Below are positions 28,948-39,333 of a stretch of 64,000 bases of DNA, piece by piece. The stretch lies in the NCBI GenBank assembly GCA_963717145.1, contig OY970325.1, forward strand, positions 3,968,001 through 4,032,000, read 5' to 3'. The position numbers and the translations under genes are program-made. Source of the DNA: an uncultured Armatimonadetes bacterium. GTDB taxonomy: Bacteria > Armatimonadota > UBA5829 > DTJY01. Below the pieces are notes generated by a model. The model was not told the DNA's origin. It saw nothing but the letters and a program-made list of their open reading frames with translations, and did not search any database. Numbering within the stretch: the first letter of the stretch is position 1; each line of letters starts with the position of its first letter.

Positions 28948-29691
28948 GTGACAAAAAGCAACTGGGAGCAGTTCTTCGACGGGCACGCGCCCGTTTACAT
29001 GGACAACTGCTTTACGAAGAACACCATGGCCGAGGTAGATTTCCTGTCGGAGGAACTGGCGCTTCCACGGGGCAGTCACATTTTGGACGTTGGCTGCGGT
29101 ACGGGCCGCCACTCGGTCGAGTTGGCAAAGCGCGGGTACAGGATGACGGGAGTCGATCTCTCTTCGGGCATGCTTGCAGAAGCCCGGAAGGCGGCATCCG
29201 ACGCCGGCGTGAACGTCGAACTCATACAATGTGATGCCACCCAGTACACGCCCGACGGACTGTTCGATGCGGTGATCTGCCTCTGCGAAGGAGCGTTCGG
29301 CCTTCTCGGAACAGGTGTTGATCCGCTGGAGCACGACTTGGCGATCTGGCGGCTGTTCAGTTCCGCATTGAAGCCAGGAGGCAAGCTGGTTCTCACCACC
29401 TTGAATGCGGCCCGCGGGTTCCGCGAGCACAGCGACGAGGCTGTGAGGCAAGGAGTCTTCGATCCGGTCCGGGGCATAGGGACCTGCACAATCGACTGGG
29501 ACACGCCGGAGGGCAAGAGAAGCATCTGCCTCAGGGAGCGCAGCTATACACCTTCTGAGTTGACGCTCCTTGCCCACGTGGTCGGCCTCAAAGTAGAGAA
29601 CGTGTGGGGCGGTACGGCTGGCAATTGGGGCAGGCGGATGTTTGATCTCGACGAAATGGAAATAATGGTGACTGCAAGCAAGCCGGGATGA
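28948..29691 (+). CDS. Class I SAM-dependent methyltransferase
   Basis: ILDVGCGTGRH, GVDLSSGML, LKPGGKL. Confidence 0.9.
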   Translation: MTKSNWEQFFDGHAPVYMDNCFTKNTMAEVDFLSEELALPRGSHILDVGCGTGRHSVELAKRGYRMTGVDLSSGMLAEARKAASDAGVNVELIQCDATQYTPDGLFDAVICLCEGAFGLLGTGVDPLEHDLAIWRLFSSALKPGGKLVLTTLNAARGFREHSDEAVRQGVFDPVRGIGTCTIDWDTPEGKRSICLRERSYTPSELTLLAHVVGLKVENVWGGTAGNWGRRMFDLDEMEIMVTASKPG

Positions 29692-29712
29692 CAGTCGCCC
29701 AGGAGTTTGGTA

Positions 29713-31638
29713 ATGGGAAATAACGTCACGCAGAAGATATTGTCCGCTCACTTGGTGAGCGGTGAGATGGAGTCCGGCAAGGAGATCGCGATCCGGATCG
29801 ACCAGACGCTGACCCAGGACGCCACCGGGACGATGGCGTACCTGCAGTTCGAGGCGATGGGCGTTCCTCGCGTGCGGACGAAGCTCTCGGTCAGCTACAT
29901 CGACCACAACACGCTCCAGACCGGCTTCGAGAACGCGGACGATCACCGCTTCCTGCAGACCATCGCAGCCAAGTATGGACTCTATTTCTCGCGGGCCGGG
30001 AACGGCATCTGCCACCAGGTCCACCTCGAGCGATTCGGCGTCCCCGGACAGACGCTCCTCGGCTCGGACAGCCATACCCCGACCGGCGGCGGCCTCGGGA
30101 TGCTCGCGATCGGCGCGGGCGGACTCGATGTCGCGGTGGCGATGGCCGGAGGCCCGTTCTACCTCAACATGCCGCACGTCGTGCTCGTCAAGCTGACCGG
30201 CAGGCTCGGCCCTTGGGTCTCGGCGAAGGACGTGATCCTCGAACTGCTCCGACGGCTCAGCGTGAAGGGCGGAGTCGGCAAGGTCATGGAGTACGGCGGC
30301 GAGGGCGTCAGGGCGCTCTCCGTTCCCGACCGAGCGACGATCACCAACATGGGCGCTGAACTCGGCGCGACGACCTCGGTCTTCCCGAGCGACGAGCGGA
30401 CCCGCGAGTTCCTCAGGGCCGAGGGACGCGAGGACGCCTGGACACAAATCGAGGCCGATCCCGATGCCGCATACGATGAGACCATCGAGATCGATCTCTC
30501 CAGCCTGGAGCCGATGATCGCTCAACCGCATCAGCCCGACCGGGTCGTCAAGGTCAGCGAGATCGAGGGCATGAAGGTCGCCCAGGTGCTCGTCGGAAGC
30601 TGCACGAACTCGTCCTACCGCGACCTGATGACGCTCGCGGGAGCGCTCAAGGGCAAGGTCGTCCATCCCTCCGTGAGCGCCGGAGTCTCGCCCGGCTCGC
30701 GGCAGGTGTTCGAGATGATCGCTCGGAACGGCGCGCTTGGGGACCTGATCGCATCGGGCGCTCGAATCCTGGAGGCTACGTGCGGGCCGTGCATCGGCAT
30801 GGGTCAGTCGCCTCCCTCGGGCGGAGTGAGCGTCCGGACCTTCAATCGCAACTTCGAGGGCCGAAGCGGCACTCCGAGCGGCCAGATCTTCCTCGCCAGC
30901 CCGGAGGTCGCGGCGGCGGCGATGCTCACCGGCGTGCTGACCGATCCCCGCAAGCTCGGCGAACCGATCAAGGTGGAGCTGCCGGAGAGATACACAATCG
31001 ACGACGGCATGATCATGCCGCCGTCCGATCAGCCGGAAGCGGTCGAGGTCGTCCGCGGCCCGAACATCAAGCCGCTCCCGATCCGAGAGCCACTCGCGGA
31101 GACGATCAGTGGGATAGTGCTGCTCAAGACAGCGGACAACATCACGACCGACCACATCATGCCGGCGGGCGCGAGGATTCTGCCTCTGCGATCGAACATC
31201 CCCGCGATCGCAGAGCACGTCTTCGAGTGCATCGATCCTCATTTCGCCGCGCGCGCAAAGGAGGCCCACGGCGGCTTCATCGTCGGTGGCGAGAACTACG
31301 GGCAGGGATCGAGCCGCGAGCATGCCGCGCTCGCCCCGATGTACCTGGGGGTCAAGGCCGTGATCGTCAAGTCGTTCGCGCGGATCCACCGGGCGAACCT
31401 GGTGAACTTCGGCATCCTGCCGCTGACGTTCGTGAACACGGGCGACTACGACGACATGGGATTCGAAGACGAACTCGAGATCACGAACGTCCACGAGGCG
31501 TTGAAGCACGGGCCCGTGATCTCGATTACGAACAAGACCTGCGGCTGGGAGTTCGAGGTCCGCCACGACCTCACGCCTCGCCAGATTGACATCATTCTCG
31601 CAGGCGGCATGCTTAACTATACGAAGGGCAGGGCTTAG
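29713..31638 (+). CDS. acn: Aconitate hydratase (short type)
   Basis: TQDATGT, GNGICHQV, GSDSHT, GSCTN, CGPCIG, RTFNRNFEGR, ITTDHI, NYGQGSSREHAA. Confidence 0.95.
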   Translation: MGNNVTQKILSAHLVSGEMESGKEIAIRIDQTLTQDATGTMAYLQFEAMGVPRVRTKLSVSYIDHNTLQTGFENADDHRFLQTIAAKYGLYFSRAGNGICHQVHLERFGVPGQTLLGSDSHTPTGGGLGMLAIGAGGLDVAVAMAGGPFYLNMPHVVLVKLTGRLGPWVSAKDVILELLRRLSVKGGVGKVMEYGGEGVRALSVPDRATITNMGAELGATTSVFPSDERTREFLRAEGREDAWTQIEADPDAAYDETIEIDLSSLEPMIAQPHQPDRVVKVSEIEGMKVAQVLVGSCTNSSYRDLMTLAGALKGKVVHPSVSAGVSPGSRQVFEMIARNGALGDLIASGARILEATCGPCIGMGQSPPSGGVSVRTFNRNFEGRSGTPSGQIFLASPEVAAAAMLTGVLTDPRKLGEPIKVELPERYTIDDGMIMPPSDQPEAVEVVRGPNIKPLPIREPLAETISGIVLLKTADNITTDHIMPAGARILPLRSNIPAIAEHVFECIDPHFAARAKEAHGGFIVGGENYGQGSSREHAALAPMYLGVKAVIVKSFARIHRANLVNFGILPLTFVNTGDYDDMGFEDELEITNVHEALKHGPVISITNKTCGWEFEVRHDLTPRQIDIILAGGMLNYTKGRA

Positions 31639-31756
31639 AACACAGATAGCACAGATGAGAAGGGATGATGGGAGGGGAATGGCGATGGTTCATGCGAATC
31701 CGACCATTTCCCACTCCATCTGTTTCATCCTCTGCCATCTGTGTCATCTGTGTTCT
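31637..31756. repeat. acagat-type imperfect inverted repeat
   Basis: agaacacagatagcacagatg ... catctgtgtcatctgtgttct. Confidence 0.6.
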
Positions 31757-31781
31757 GATGGGTCAGGAAAGGAGCATACGA

Positions 31782-32927
31782 TTGGCTTACACGATTACAC
31801 TAATCCCTGGTGACGGGGTCGGGCCGGAGCAGACTGCGGCGGCGAAGCGCGTCATCGACGCGACCGGCGTCGACATCGAGTGGGAGGTCCACGACGCCGG
31901 GATCGACGTCATGGACAAGTACGGCACCCCGCTCCCCGAGCACGTGCTGGAGAGCATCCGGCGGAACAAGGTCGCGCTCAAGGGCCCGATCACCACTCCC
32001 ATCGGCAAGGGTTTCCGCTCGGTCAACGTCGCGCTGAGGAAGGAACTCAACCTCTATGCCTGCCTGAGACCGTGCAAGTACTACCCCGGCATCCGCTCGA
32101 AGTATCAGGACGTCGATCTGGTCGTCGTCCGCGAGAACACCGAGGACCTCTATGCCGGCGTGGAGTACGAACTCGACTCCCCGGAGGCCAAGCAGATCAT
32201 CGGGATGGCGAACGGCAAGATCCGCGCCGACTCCGCGATCTCGATCAAGCCGATCTCGGTCACAGGCACGCGGCGGATCGTGAAGTTCGCGTTCGAGTAC
32301 GCGATCGCCAATGGCCGGAAGATCGTCACGGCGGTCGCCAAGGCCAACATCATGAAGTTCACCGACGGCCTGTTCTACCAGGTTTCTCGCCAGGTCGCAA
32401 AGGCATACGGCGCTCAGTTCGAGGATTCGAAGCTGGCCGACGTCGAGCCGGATCCGACGCTCAAGGAAGTCGCGGGCAAGGGATCGCACCTCGTCTACCA
32501 GGAGCGACTCGTCGACAACATGTGCATGCAGCTCGTCCAGAAGCCGGAGCTTTACGACGTGATCGCCCTGCCGAACCTCTATGGCGACATCCTGTCCGAC
32601 CTCTGCGCGGGACTGGTCGGCGGGCTGGGAGTCGCTCCGGGCGCGAACATCGGCGATGAGGTCGCACTCTTCGAGCCGACACACGGCAGCGCGCCGAAGT
32701 ACAAGGGCCAGAACAAGGTCAACCCGACCGCGCTGATCCTCTCGGGCATGCTGATGCTCAGATACATCGGCGAGAAGGATGCCGCCGACCGCCTCGAGAA
32801 CGCGGTGGCGAAGGTCATCGCCGAGGGCAAAGATGTCACCTACGACATGAAGCCCGACCGCAACGACCCGACCGCCGTCGGCACGCAGGAGATGGCCGAC
32901 GCGATCATTCGAGCGATGGGAACATGA
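31782..32927 (+). CDS. icd: Isocitrate/isopropylmalate dehydrogenase family, probable isocitrate dehydrogenase
   Basis: TTG start after aaggag; [58 protein letters not shown]. Confidence 0.92.
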   Translation: MAYTITLIPGDGVGPEQTAAAKRVIDATGVDIEWEVHDAGIDVMDKYGTPLPEHVLESIRRNKVALKGPITTPIGKGFRSVNVALRKELNLYACLRPCKYYPGIRSKYQDVDLVVVRENTEDLYAGVEYELDSPEAKQIIGMANGKIRADSAISIKPISVTGTRRIVKFAFEYAIANGRKIVTAVAKANIMKFTDGLFYQVSRQVAKAYGAQFEDSKLADVEPDPTLKEVAGKGSHLVYQERLVDNMCMQLVQKPELYDVIALPNLYGDILSDLCAGLVGGLGVAPGANIGDEVALFEPTHGSAPKYKGQNKVNPTALILSGMLMLRYIGEKDAADRLENAVAKVIAEGKDVTYDMKPDRNDPTAVGTQEMADAIIRAMGT

Positions 32928-33478
32928 GACACCTGAATCTGGCAGACCGGTCGGACAGCTTCCTCGTCGTCGTGGATATGCAGGAGCCGTTCCTGCGCAC
33001 GATGTGCGACCGCGAAATGGTAATCGAGAATGCCCGTAAGCTGATCTCCGCGGCGAAGATCCTCGGCCTGCCGGTGCTTGTCACTCTGCAGAACGCCGAG
33101 CGGATGGGCGATACCGTCCCCGAGGTCAAAGAGCTTCTCCCGCCGCATGAACCGATGGACAAGATGTCGTTCAGTTGCTGCGGCGACCCGGAGTTCAACC
33201 GCCGGGTGGAGTCGCTCGGTCGGAAGACCGCGATCCTGACCGGCGTCGAGGCGCACATATGCGTCAGTCAGACGGCGCACGACCTCCTGGCGCATGGGTA
33301 CAAGGTCCACATCCCCGAGGATGCGGTTTGCTCTCGCAGGGAGTCCAACTGGCGGGCGGGCGTCGAGAAGATGCGGCAGTCGGGAGCGATTATTACGAGC
33401 GCCGAGGCGGTCATCTTCGAGTTGCTCGGCTGCGCCGGTACCGACGAGTTCAGGGAGATGCTGAAGGTTGTGAAATAG
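32924..33478 (+). CDS. Isochorismatase-family hydrolase
   Basis: [23 protein letters not shown]. Confidence 0.9.
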   Translation: MRHLNLADRSDSFLVVVDMQEPFLRTMCDREMVIENARKLISAAKILGLPVLVTLQNAERMGDTVPEVKELLPPHEPMDKMSFSCCGDPEFNRRVESLGRKTAILTGVEAHICVSQTAHDLLAHGYKVHIPEDAVCSRRESNWRAGVEKMRQSGAIITSAEAVIFELLGCAGTDEFREMLKVVK

Positions 33479-33520
33479 GGGAATGGGGGAATCGCACTGG
33501 TCGCACCTTCATTGAATGAG

Positions 33521-33553
33521 AAAAGGCCGGAGGATATTGCGCCTCCGGCCTTA
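33521..33553. terminator. Terminator hairpin between convergent genes
   Basis: aaggccggagg-atattgcg-cctccggcctt. Confidence 0.7.
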
Positions 33554-33579
33554 CTTCTGGGTTGAGATCACGATCGCCT

Positions 33580-34083
33580 CTAGCGTCTGCGTCTCGATAT
33601 CAGACCAATGAGACCCACCAGCCCGCCTGAGAGCGCGAGCATGCTCGAAGGCTCGGGAACCGTGGGATATCCCATCACGCCGAAGAGCGCGTTCCTGTTC
33701 AGGGTGTTATCCGTGTAGAACGTGAACGTCACTCCCTCGGTGGGTGCTACTGGATTGCTGGGGAAGTAGTAATCCAAGGTCGTCTCGGCGCCGTTGATAG
33801 CAGTCGTGTACACCGGCTTGCTCATAACCGGCGCCGGTGTCGCCATGATCTTCACGCCGGGGCCGTTGACGATGCTGAAGTGGAAATCGGTCCAGGCAAT
33901 GCCCGTTGTGTTCGTAACGTAGACGAACGCGAATCCCTTCCAAGGATCAGCATCAACGTGGTTTTCGGTCGTCGGCTCCAGAGATGTGAACACCCAGGTG
34001 AACGATCCATCATGCGCCAGTGCCGCCGAACCCATCACCACGAGCACCAGCGTCAGAAGCCAGAGATACTTCCTATTGTGCAT
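33580..34083 (-). CDS. PEP-CTERM protein
   Basis: RBS ggagg; signal peptide; WTDFHF; VPEPSSMLALSGGLVGLIGLISRRRR. Confidence 0.9.
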   Translation of the reverse strand: MHNRKYLWLLTLVLVVMGSAALAHDGSFTWVFTSLEPTTENHVDADPWKGFAFVYVTNTTGIAWTDFHFSIVNGPGVKIMATPAPVMSKPVYTTAINGAETTLDYYFPSNPVAPTEGVTFTFYTDNTLNRNALFGVMGYPTVPEPSSMLALSGGLVGLIGLISRRRR

Positions 34084-34467
34084 CTTTCCTCCCTTCGTAT
34101 CGGAGATTGCAGAGGCCCGCTGATGGCTCGCTGTGCCATTCTTGTCGGCCTCTCTCCGATATTGCGGAACCATGGGGAACTGCAGATCCTGGTTCCCCGC
34201 CCAGGTTTCAGAGCATTCGCACAACACAAGTGGCAGCTTGGCTGCCAATGCTCTTTGGCAGTCGGGCCGCAACTGGAGGGCAGGCATGCGCTCTCAGATG
34301 GGCCGACTTCTTGCATCCATCCTAGCTCGTTGTCACCATTCTGTCAATACTTCTGCCGCAAATCAGGTAATAATACCGGGTTGTGGCTATCTCACATCGG
34401 TTGACAATGACGCCGTACATCCCCATACTGGATACGAACGCCATCTCCCGGCCTGAAAGGATCAGCC

Positions 34468-36342
34468 GTGATTGCACATCCATGCCTGTTACTGAACGAT
34501 TACCGGATCGAGGTCGCCAAGGCCAACATCGACCATCACGAGTGGGCTCAGCAGGTATATCATGAGCTTCAGTTGAGCGCCGACAAGCTCAAGTCGATGC
34601 AGCTCCCGAAGTTCGAGACCGCGTGGTGGCAGGAGGCGTCGAAGAAGCACTACGGCCAGACGCATGCCGTCGTCTACCAGCACACCGCGATCGTTCCGAA
34701 GCCGCCGATCGACCTTGCTTGGCGGTCGGCGCTCGTCTACAGTCTGGGCGGTGAGACGGAGTACGCCGATCGGGCCATACAGGTGCTCCTTCACTACACC
34801 AAGCTTCGGTTTCTCGGAGAGACGCACCCCGATACCGGGCTCTTCTACGCGAGTTGGGGCATATCGGCGCTCCAGGCGTATGACATGCTCCACGACCGAT
34901 TCACGCCGGAAGAGCGCGTCAAGCTCGACGACTTCTTCAAGCGGATGGTCTGGTCGATTGCGGATAACGACGATCTGTGGATCGAGAAGAACTTCGGGGG
35001 CCGCTACAACAACCACATGGCCTGGCACAAGGCGATGATGCTCGCATACGGGCTCTTCTACGGCGAGCAGAGATGGATCGACCGCGCGATGGAGAGCGAT
35101 CAGGGCATCCGCGACCTGATGGAGAACGGCTTCCGGGACGACGGCACGTGGTTCGAGAGCAGCCTGAACTACCACTTCGTCGCATTGACCGCGCTCCTTC
35201 AGTCGGCGGACATGATGCGCATGTCCAAGTATCCGCTCGATCTGTACACGCACAAGTTCGCCGGCGGACGGACGCTCGAGCAGGGGTTCTCGGGGATGCT
35301 GCAGGTCGCGTTCCCGGACACCCTCGTTCCGCCGATCGGAGACACCTACGGCGGACTGACGCGGTTGGCGAACGTGCAGCAATACGAGTACGCGTGGCAG
35401 GCTTACCGGAAGCCGATCTATGCATGGCTGCTCTCACAGACCCAGCGCCGTCCCGATTACTCGATGCTCTTCCGGGAGCACGAGCCCTCTGCCGGAGAGC
35501 CGCCCGCCGTAAAGAGCCGCAACTTCCCGGAGCACGGGCACGTGATGCTCCGGAGCATCGAGGGCAAGGAGTATTGGGGCAGCGACTCGTGGGCGGCATT
35601 CCTGAGCTACGAACTGGACAGCGTCCATTCGCATCGGGACAAGCTCGACTTCATTCTGTTCGGGCGCGGGAAGCTCCTCGCGCCGGATGTCGAGGCGAGG
35701 TCATCGGCGGCGCACGCATTCTCATCGCAGATTCAGGGTGAGTTGAACCGCACGACGGTTTGCCACAACACATTGATGGTCGACGGAAAGAGCCATCAGG
35801 GCATCCGGGAGAAGCTCTCGCTGCTCGAGTTTGCGCGCACTCCCGAGGTGAAGACGGCGACCGCCGCCGACTTGAAGGGCCTCGTGTACCCCGGCGTGAA
35901 GATGCAGCGGACGATCGCTGTGACCGACGACTACGTGCTCGACATCTTCCAGGTGACCTCGGATGCCGAGCACACCTTCGACTGGCTCTTCCATGCGATC
36001 GATGACGACGGGAAAACTGCGATCGAGGGTGACTTCCGGCCGTTCGAGTTCCCGACCGAGCCGCCGTGGACCTGGCTGAAGAACGCTCAGTCGTCGAAGA
36101 TCGACGGCACTTGGCAGGCGGACTGGCGTCAGGGTGACGTACGCTTCCGACTGACGATGGTTGGCGCGCCCGGCACTGAGGTCATCGAGTGCGACTTCCC
36201 GAGGAATGATGCGTTCGCCGCACCGCCGTTCCCGATGCTGATGGCCCGTCGGATCGGCAAGTTGGCGGTCTACGTCGCCCTCTACCAGGCGGAGAAGCAC
36301 GATCTTCCCCCGGTGGAGATATCGGTTTCCGACGCAGGCTGA
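34468..36342 (+). CDS. Alginate lyase/heparinase II/III-family protein; true end probably 36409 via an indel
   Basis: YNNHMAW, DGTWFESSLNYHF, HSHRDKL, TVCHNTLMVDG. An alternative frame continues AEALKVTVTIAG...KRI to a stop at 36409. Confidence 0.85.
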   Translation: MIAHPCLLLNDYRIEVAKANIDHHEWAQQVYHELQLSADKLKSMQLPKFETAWWQEASKKHYGQTHAVVYQHTAIVPKPPIDLAWRSALVYSLGGETEYADRAIQVLLHYTKLRFLGETHPDTGLFYASWGISALQAYDMLHDRFTPEERVKLDDFFKRMVWSIADNDDLWIEKNFGGRYNNHMAWHKAMMLAYGLFYGEQRWIDRAMESDQGIRDLMENGFRDDGTWFESSLNYHFVALTALLQSADMMRMSKYPLDLYTHKFAGGRTLEQGFSGMLQVAFPDTLVPPIGDTYGGLTRLANVQQYEYAWQAYRKPIYAWLLSQTQRRPDYSMLFREHEPSAGEPPAVKSRNFPEHGHVMLRSIEGKEYWGSDSWAAFLSYELDSVHSHRDKLDFILFGRGKLLAPDVEARSSAAHAFSSQIQGELNRTTVCHNTLMVDGKSHQGIREKLSLLEFARTPEVKTATAADLKGLVYPGVKMQRTIAVTDDYVLDIFQVTSDAEHTFDWLFHAIDDDGKTAIEGDFRPFEFPTEPPWTWLKNAQSSKIDGTWQADWRQGDVRFRLTMVGAPGTEVIECDFPRNDAFAAPPFPMLMARRIGKLAVYVALYQAEKHDLPPVEISVSDAG

Positions 36343-36437
36343 GGCGCTGAAGGTGACCGTGACGATCGCGGGGAAAACGACGGTGCATACGCTGATGAAA
36401 CGGATCTGACCCTCACTACCACACGCGAGGTGAAACC

Positions 36438-38405
36438 ATGTGGCGAATGATTGTTCTACTGATGGTCCTCTGCTGCCTTGGAACAACGATGGCCGAGCCG
36501 CTGCCCGATGACGCCGCCCTGTCGTCGCCGGTGACCCTGGCGATCAAAGGTGAATCCCTGTCCGACACCCTGAAGTCGCTCGAGAAGCAGTCCGGCGTCC
36601 AACTCCGGGCCGCGCGTGATGTCGCCGACCAGAAGGTCACGGTATTCGTGGACGACAAGCCGCTCAGGAAGGTCATGGAGGGGCTCGCCCTCCTGCTGGA
36701 GTATCACTGGACCGCCAAGGACCTCGGGGGCAAGAGGGTCTACGAGATCTGGGAGGACGAGAAGACCAGGTTGGCCCGAGAGGACTGGTTCAACAAGGCA
36801 GTGGCTAAGGCATGGGAGGAACTCGACGCCGAGCTTCAGCGCAAGTCGGAGTTCGCCTCCATGACCGAGGAGCAGTTGAACGACCTGAGGCAGGGCCTCT
36901 CCGCCAAGCTGTCAACGGGATCAGACAGCGCGGCGAGGAAGGACTGGGAGGCGCTCCTGAGCTTCATCAACAATCCTGCCATCGCTCCGGTAGCGCGACT
37001 CTACGGGAAGATGTCTCCCCAGGCGCTGGAAGCCTTCCGCTGCGGCATGACCCTCTATTTCGACTCGCTCTCGGACGAGGAGGCCTGGCTCATCCCGGAC
37101 GACAGCGCCCGCGTGCTCGCGGAGTCTTCTTCCAGCACTATGAGCGTCAACGGCAAGCCGCTGGTCCCTGATGGTGTCAACCTGGAGATCCGCTCGGCTG
37201 CCGGTCGTGAATCCGTTTCCGCAAGCGCGACCGTGGCTCTGCGCATGGGGAACCCATCTGTGCCGTACAGACTGCCCGATGGGAGAGAGTCGGCGTCGTT
37301 CTCGACATCATCTTGCATGTATCCGATCCCCATGTGCCGCAAGACGCTCCAGGAAGCCTATCCTCTGCCGGAGAACCATCTGCCCAGAGATGAGACCGGC
37401 GACCGGAAGGTGACGTGGGAAGTGAGTGAGATCGTCGAGGAGGCGAGTCTAGCCGGCGAACCGACCAGCGAGTCGAGCGCGGTGGCCAACAGATCGGACA
37501 TCCTCGCGCTGCTGCATAGTAAGCTCGGCCTGCAGGTCATCGCCGATCACTACAGCGAGTGGGGATCCTGGTCCGCCGCCAAGGACCGCCCGCTCAAGGA
37601 GATACTCGCGAGCTTCGAGGCGATGTACAACCATGCGAACGTCCGGCCCTGTCAGGCACACTCGGGATGGGACGGCGACTTCCTTTACATGCGGGCGAAA
37701 GATGTCAGGGCCTGCAACCTGCGCGAAATCCCGAACCGGCTGCTCCGACCCTGGCAGGCCGTCGTGAGGAAGCAGGGGTGCCTCGGCCTCAACGAACTCG
37801 GCGAGATCGCCCAGTTGACCGAGGACCAGATGCCATACACCGACTCACGGCTGATGGGGCTCGGGGAGCGGCCGGTCACCAGCCCGGTCCTTCGGCTGTA
37901 TGGATTGCTCAGCCCGAGTCAACGCAAAGAGGCGTTCTCCGGCGGGACGAGCACGGCGGCGTTCACTCCGGCGCAGGCGGATGCCCTGATCAAGCTGCTT
38001 CCGACGCCCAGGTCCAGCATTGGGATCCCGCGCGATCGGCCGCTCGTCGGCATCTACAAAGACGGGTGGCGCGTCGACAAGGATGAGACTCCCCCGAAGT
38101 GGGTCAGCGCCGGTCCGGTTTCGGTAGCGATGAACGATGATGTGACGACGGAGCAGTTCTTCTATGAGGTCAAGACCAGGGGCGGAGGCGGAACATCGTC
38201 GGCAGTCTCGGCGAAGACCCCGCAGGAGGCATGGGATAAGGTCAAGTCCGACCACCCGGAGGCTGCGAAGGAGAACCTCATCTGTGTTCGGTCTCGTGTG
38301 ATCAAGGCTATCGTGAGGTGTGCGGACGGAAGCTCTTCCGAGCAGACCGTTGACCTTCCGTCGCGGATTCCGTACTCACAAGTCGGGGGATCGAACCAGC
38401 CGTAG
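36438..38405 (+). CDS. Secreted hypothetical protein with STN-like N-terminal domain
   Basis: Signal peptide; LSSPVTL.IKGESLSDTL.SL..QSGV.L...VADQKVTVFV.D.PL..VM. Confidence 0.7.
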   Translation: MWRMIVLLMVLCCLGTTMAEPLPDDAALSSPVTLAIKGESLSDTLKSLEKQSGVQLRAARDVADQKVTVFVDDKPLRKVMEGLALLLEYHWTAKDLGGKRVYEIWEDEKTRLAREDWFNKAVAKAWEELDAELQRKSEFASMTEEQLNDLRQGLSAKLSTGSDSAARKDWEALLSFINNPAIAPVARLYGKMSPQALEAFRCGMTLYFDSLSDEEAWLIPDDSARVLAESSSSTMSVNGKPLVPDGVNLEIRSAAGRESVSASATVALRMGNPSVPYRLPDGRESASFSTSSCMYPIPMCRKTLQEAYPLPENHLPRDETGDRKVTWEVSEIVEEASLAGEPTSESSAVANRSDILALLHSKLGLQVIADHYSEWGSWSAAKDRPLKEILASFEAMYNHANVRPCQAHSGWDGDFLYMRAKDVRACNLREIPNRLLRPWQAVVRKQGCLGLNELGEIAQLTEDQMPYTDSRLMGLGERPVTSPVLRLYGLLSPSQRKEAFSGGTSTAAFTPAQADALIKLLPTPRSSIGIPRDRPLVGIYKDGWRVDKDETPPKWVSAGPVSVAMNDDVTTEQFFYEVKTRGGGGTSSAVSAKTPQEAWDKVKSDHPEAAKENLICVRSRVIKAIVRCADGSSSEQTVDLPSRIPYSQVGGSNQP

Positions 38406-38408
38406 ACG

Positions 38409-38442
38409 AAAAAATCCCCCGGCTCGTGGAGTCGGGGGATTT
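38409..38442. terminator. Bidirectional terminator-like hairpin
   Basis: aaaaatcccccggctc-gtg-gagtcgggggattt. Confidence 0.75.
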
Positions 38443-38461
38443 GTGATTTAGTAGGTGTGTC

Positions 38462-38670
38462 TTACGACGCTACTGCTACTACATTGGCCGCCTGGGACCC
38501 TTCGGCCCTTCGGTGACTTCGAACTCGACGTCCTGACCTTCGAAAAGGTTCTTCCGGCCCGATGTTCCTTCGATAGCGGAATAGTGGACGAAAACGTCAC
38601 CCCCTTCTTCGCGGGAGATGAAGCCGAATCCCTTCGACTCACTAAACCACTTCACTTTGCCGGTTGCCAT
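38462..38670 (-). CDS. csp: Cold-shock protein; one missing C near the 3' end
   Basis: [15 protein letters not shown]...DVFVHYSAI. Adding one C restores GPKGPQAANVV and the stop at 38462-38464. Confidence 0.93.
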
Positions 38671-38791
38671 ACCAAACCTCCTTTTGGCCGTCAAGCACAT
38701 AGCCGGAACAGGAGGTTTGTAACAGAATACGAAACGCAGTTCGGTCTTATGCACTTGCGGTAATCCAAGCATCTAGCGTGCCTGCTATTAC

Positions 38792-38819
38792 ACTATAGCA
38801 CAACCTGTCAGAAATGCAA
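38792..38819 (-). promoter_or_regulatory. Sigma-70 promoter for csp with long 5'UTR
   Basis: TTGCAT-N16-TATAGT with an extended -10 TG; ~115-nt leader. Confidence 0.5.
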
Positions 38820-38842
38820 GGGAAATTCTGCGCGGTTGCTTA

Positions 38843-39208
38843 CTATTTCTCCGACCTTCCCCGTAACTGGCGGATCTCGCCCTCCATTTCGCCGCGCAAG
38901 CGGTCCATTTCATCCTCCATATGCTGGCGCATCTCGTCCATCTGGTGCAGGAGATTGAGGATGACCTCCACTCCCGCGAGGTTCACTCCCATATCCTGAG
39001 TGAGCCGCTGAATCTGTCTCAGTCGCCTGATATCGGCGTCGGAGTACATCCTGTTCTTCCGCCCGATGCGCTGTGGCTTGATCAGACCCATGCGCTCGTA
39101 TAGGCGAAGTGTCTGGGGATGTACCTCGCAGAGTCTTGCAGCTACACTTATCAGGTACAGCGGTTGCTCAGTATCACGTGTATCGTGGGTCTCATCCCTG
39201 TCGACCAC
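38843..39208 (-). CDS. hspR: HspR, MerR-family heat-shock repressor
   Basis: PLYLISVAARLCEVHPQTLRLYER.GL.P.R...RMYS..DI..L..I..LT...GVNLAG; downstream of dnaK-dnaJ. Confidence 0.9.
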   Translation of the reverse strand: MVDRDETHDTRDTEQPLYLISVAARLCEVHPQTLRLYERMGLIKPQRIGRKNRMYSDADIRRLRQIQRLTQDMGVNLAGVEVILNLLHQMDEMRQHMEDEMDRLRGEMEGEIRQLRGRSEK

Positions 39209-39333
39209 GAATCTCACTTCCCTTCGGAGGAGTCGAGGAGTCAAGGAGCAAAGGAACAAAGGGTCCGGAATCGCCATACATCCCCTGACCCTCAGATCCT
39301 TTGATCCTCAAATCCTCTGATCCTTTGCTCCTT

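Noticed and set aside
28876-31566. 896-aa minus-strand ORF and similar long antisense ORFs (51128-52933, 41054-42151)
   Set aside because: Shadow frames of real high-GC genes, with no recognisable motifs.
34300-34315. Plus-strand GG-N10-GC site before the heparinase gene
   Set aside because: The -24 half (GGGCCGA) is too far from TGGCACG to call.
36340-36342. TGA at the heparinase end as possible selenocysteine or readthrough
   Set aside because: The alternative frame gives a plausible C-terminus ending at 36409, and there is no catalytic Cys context.
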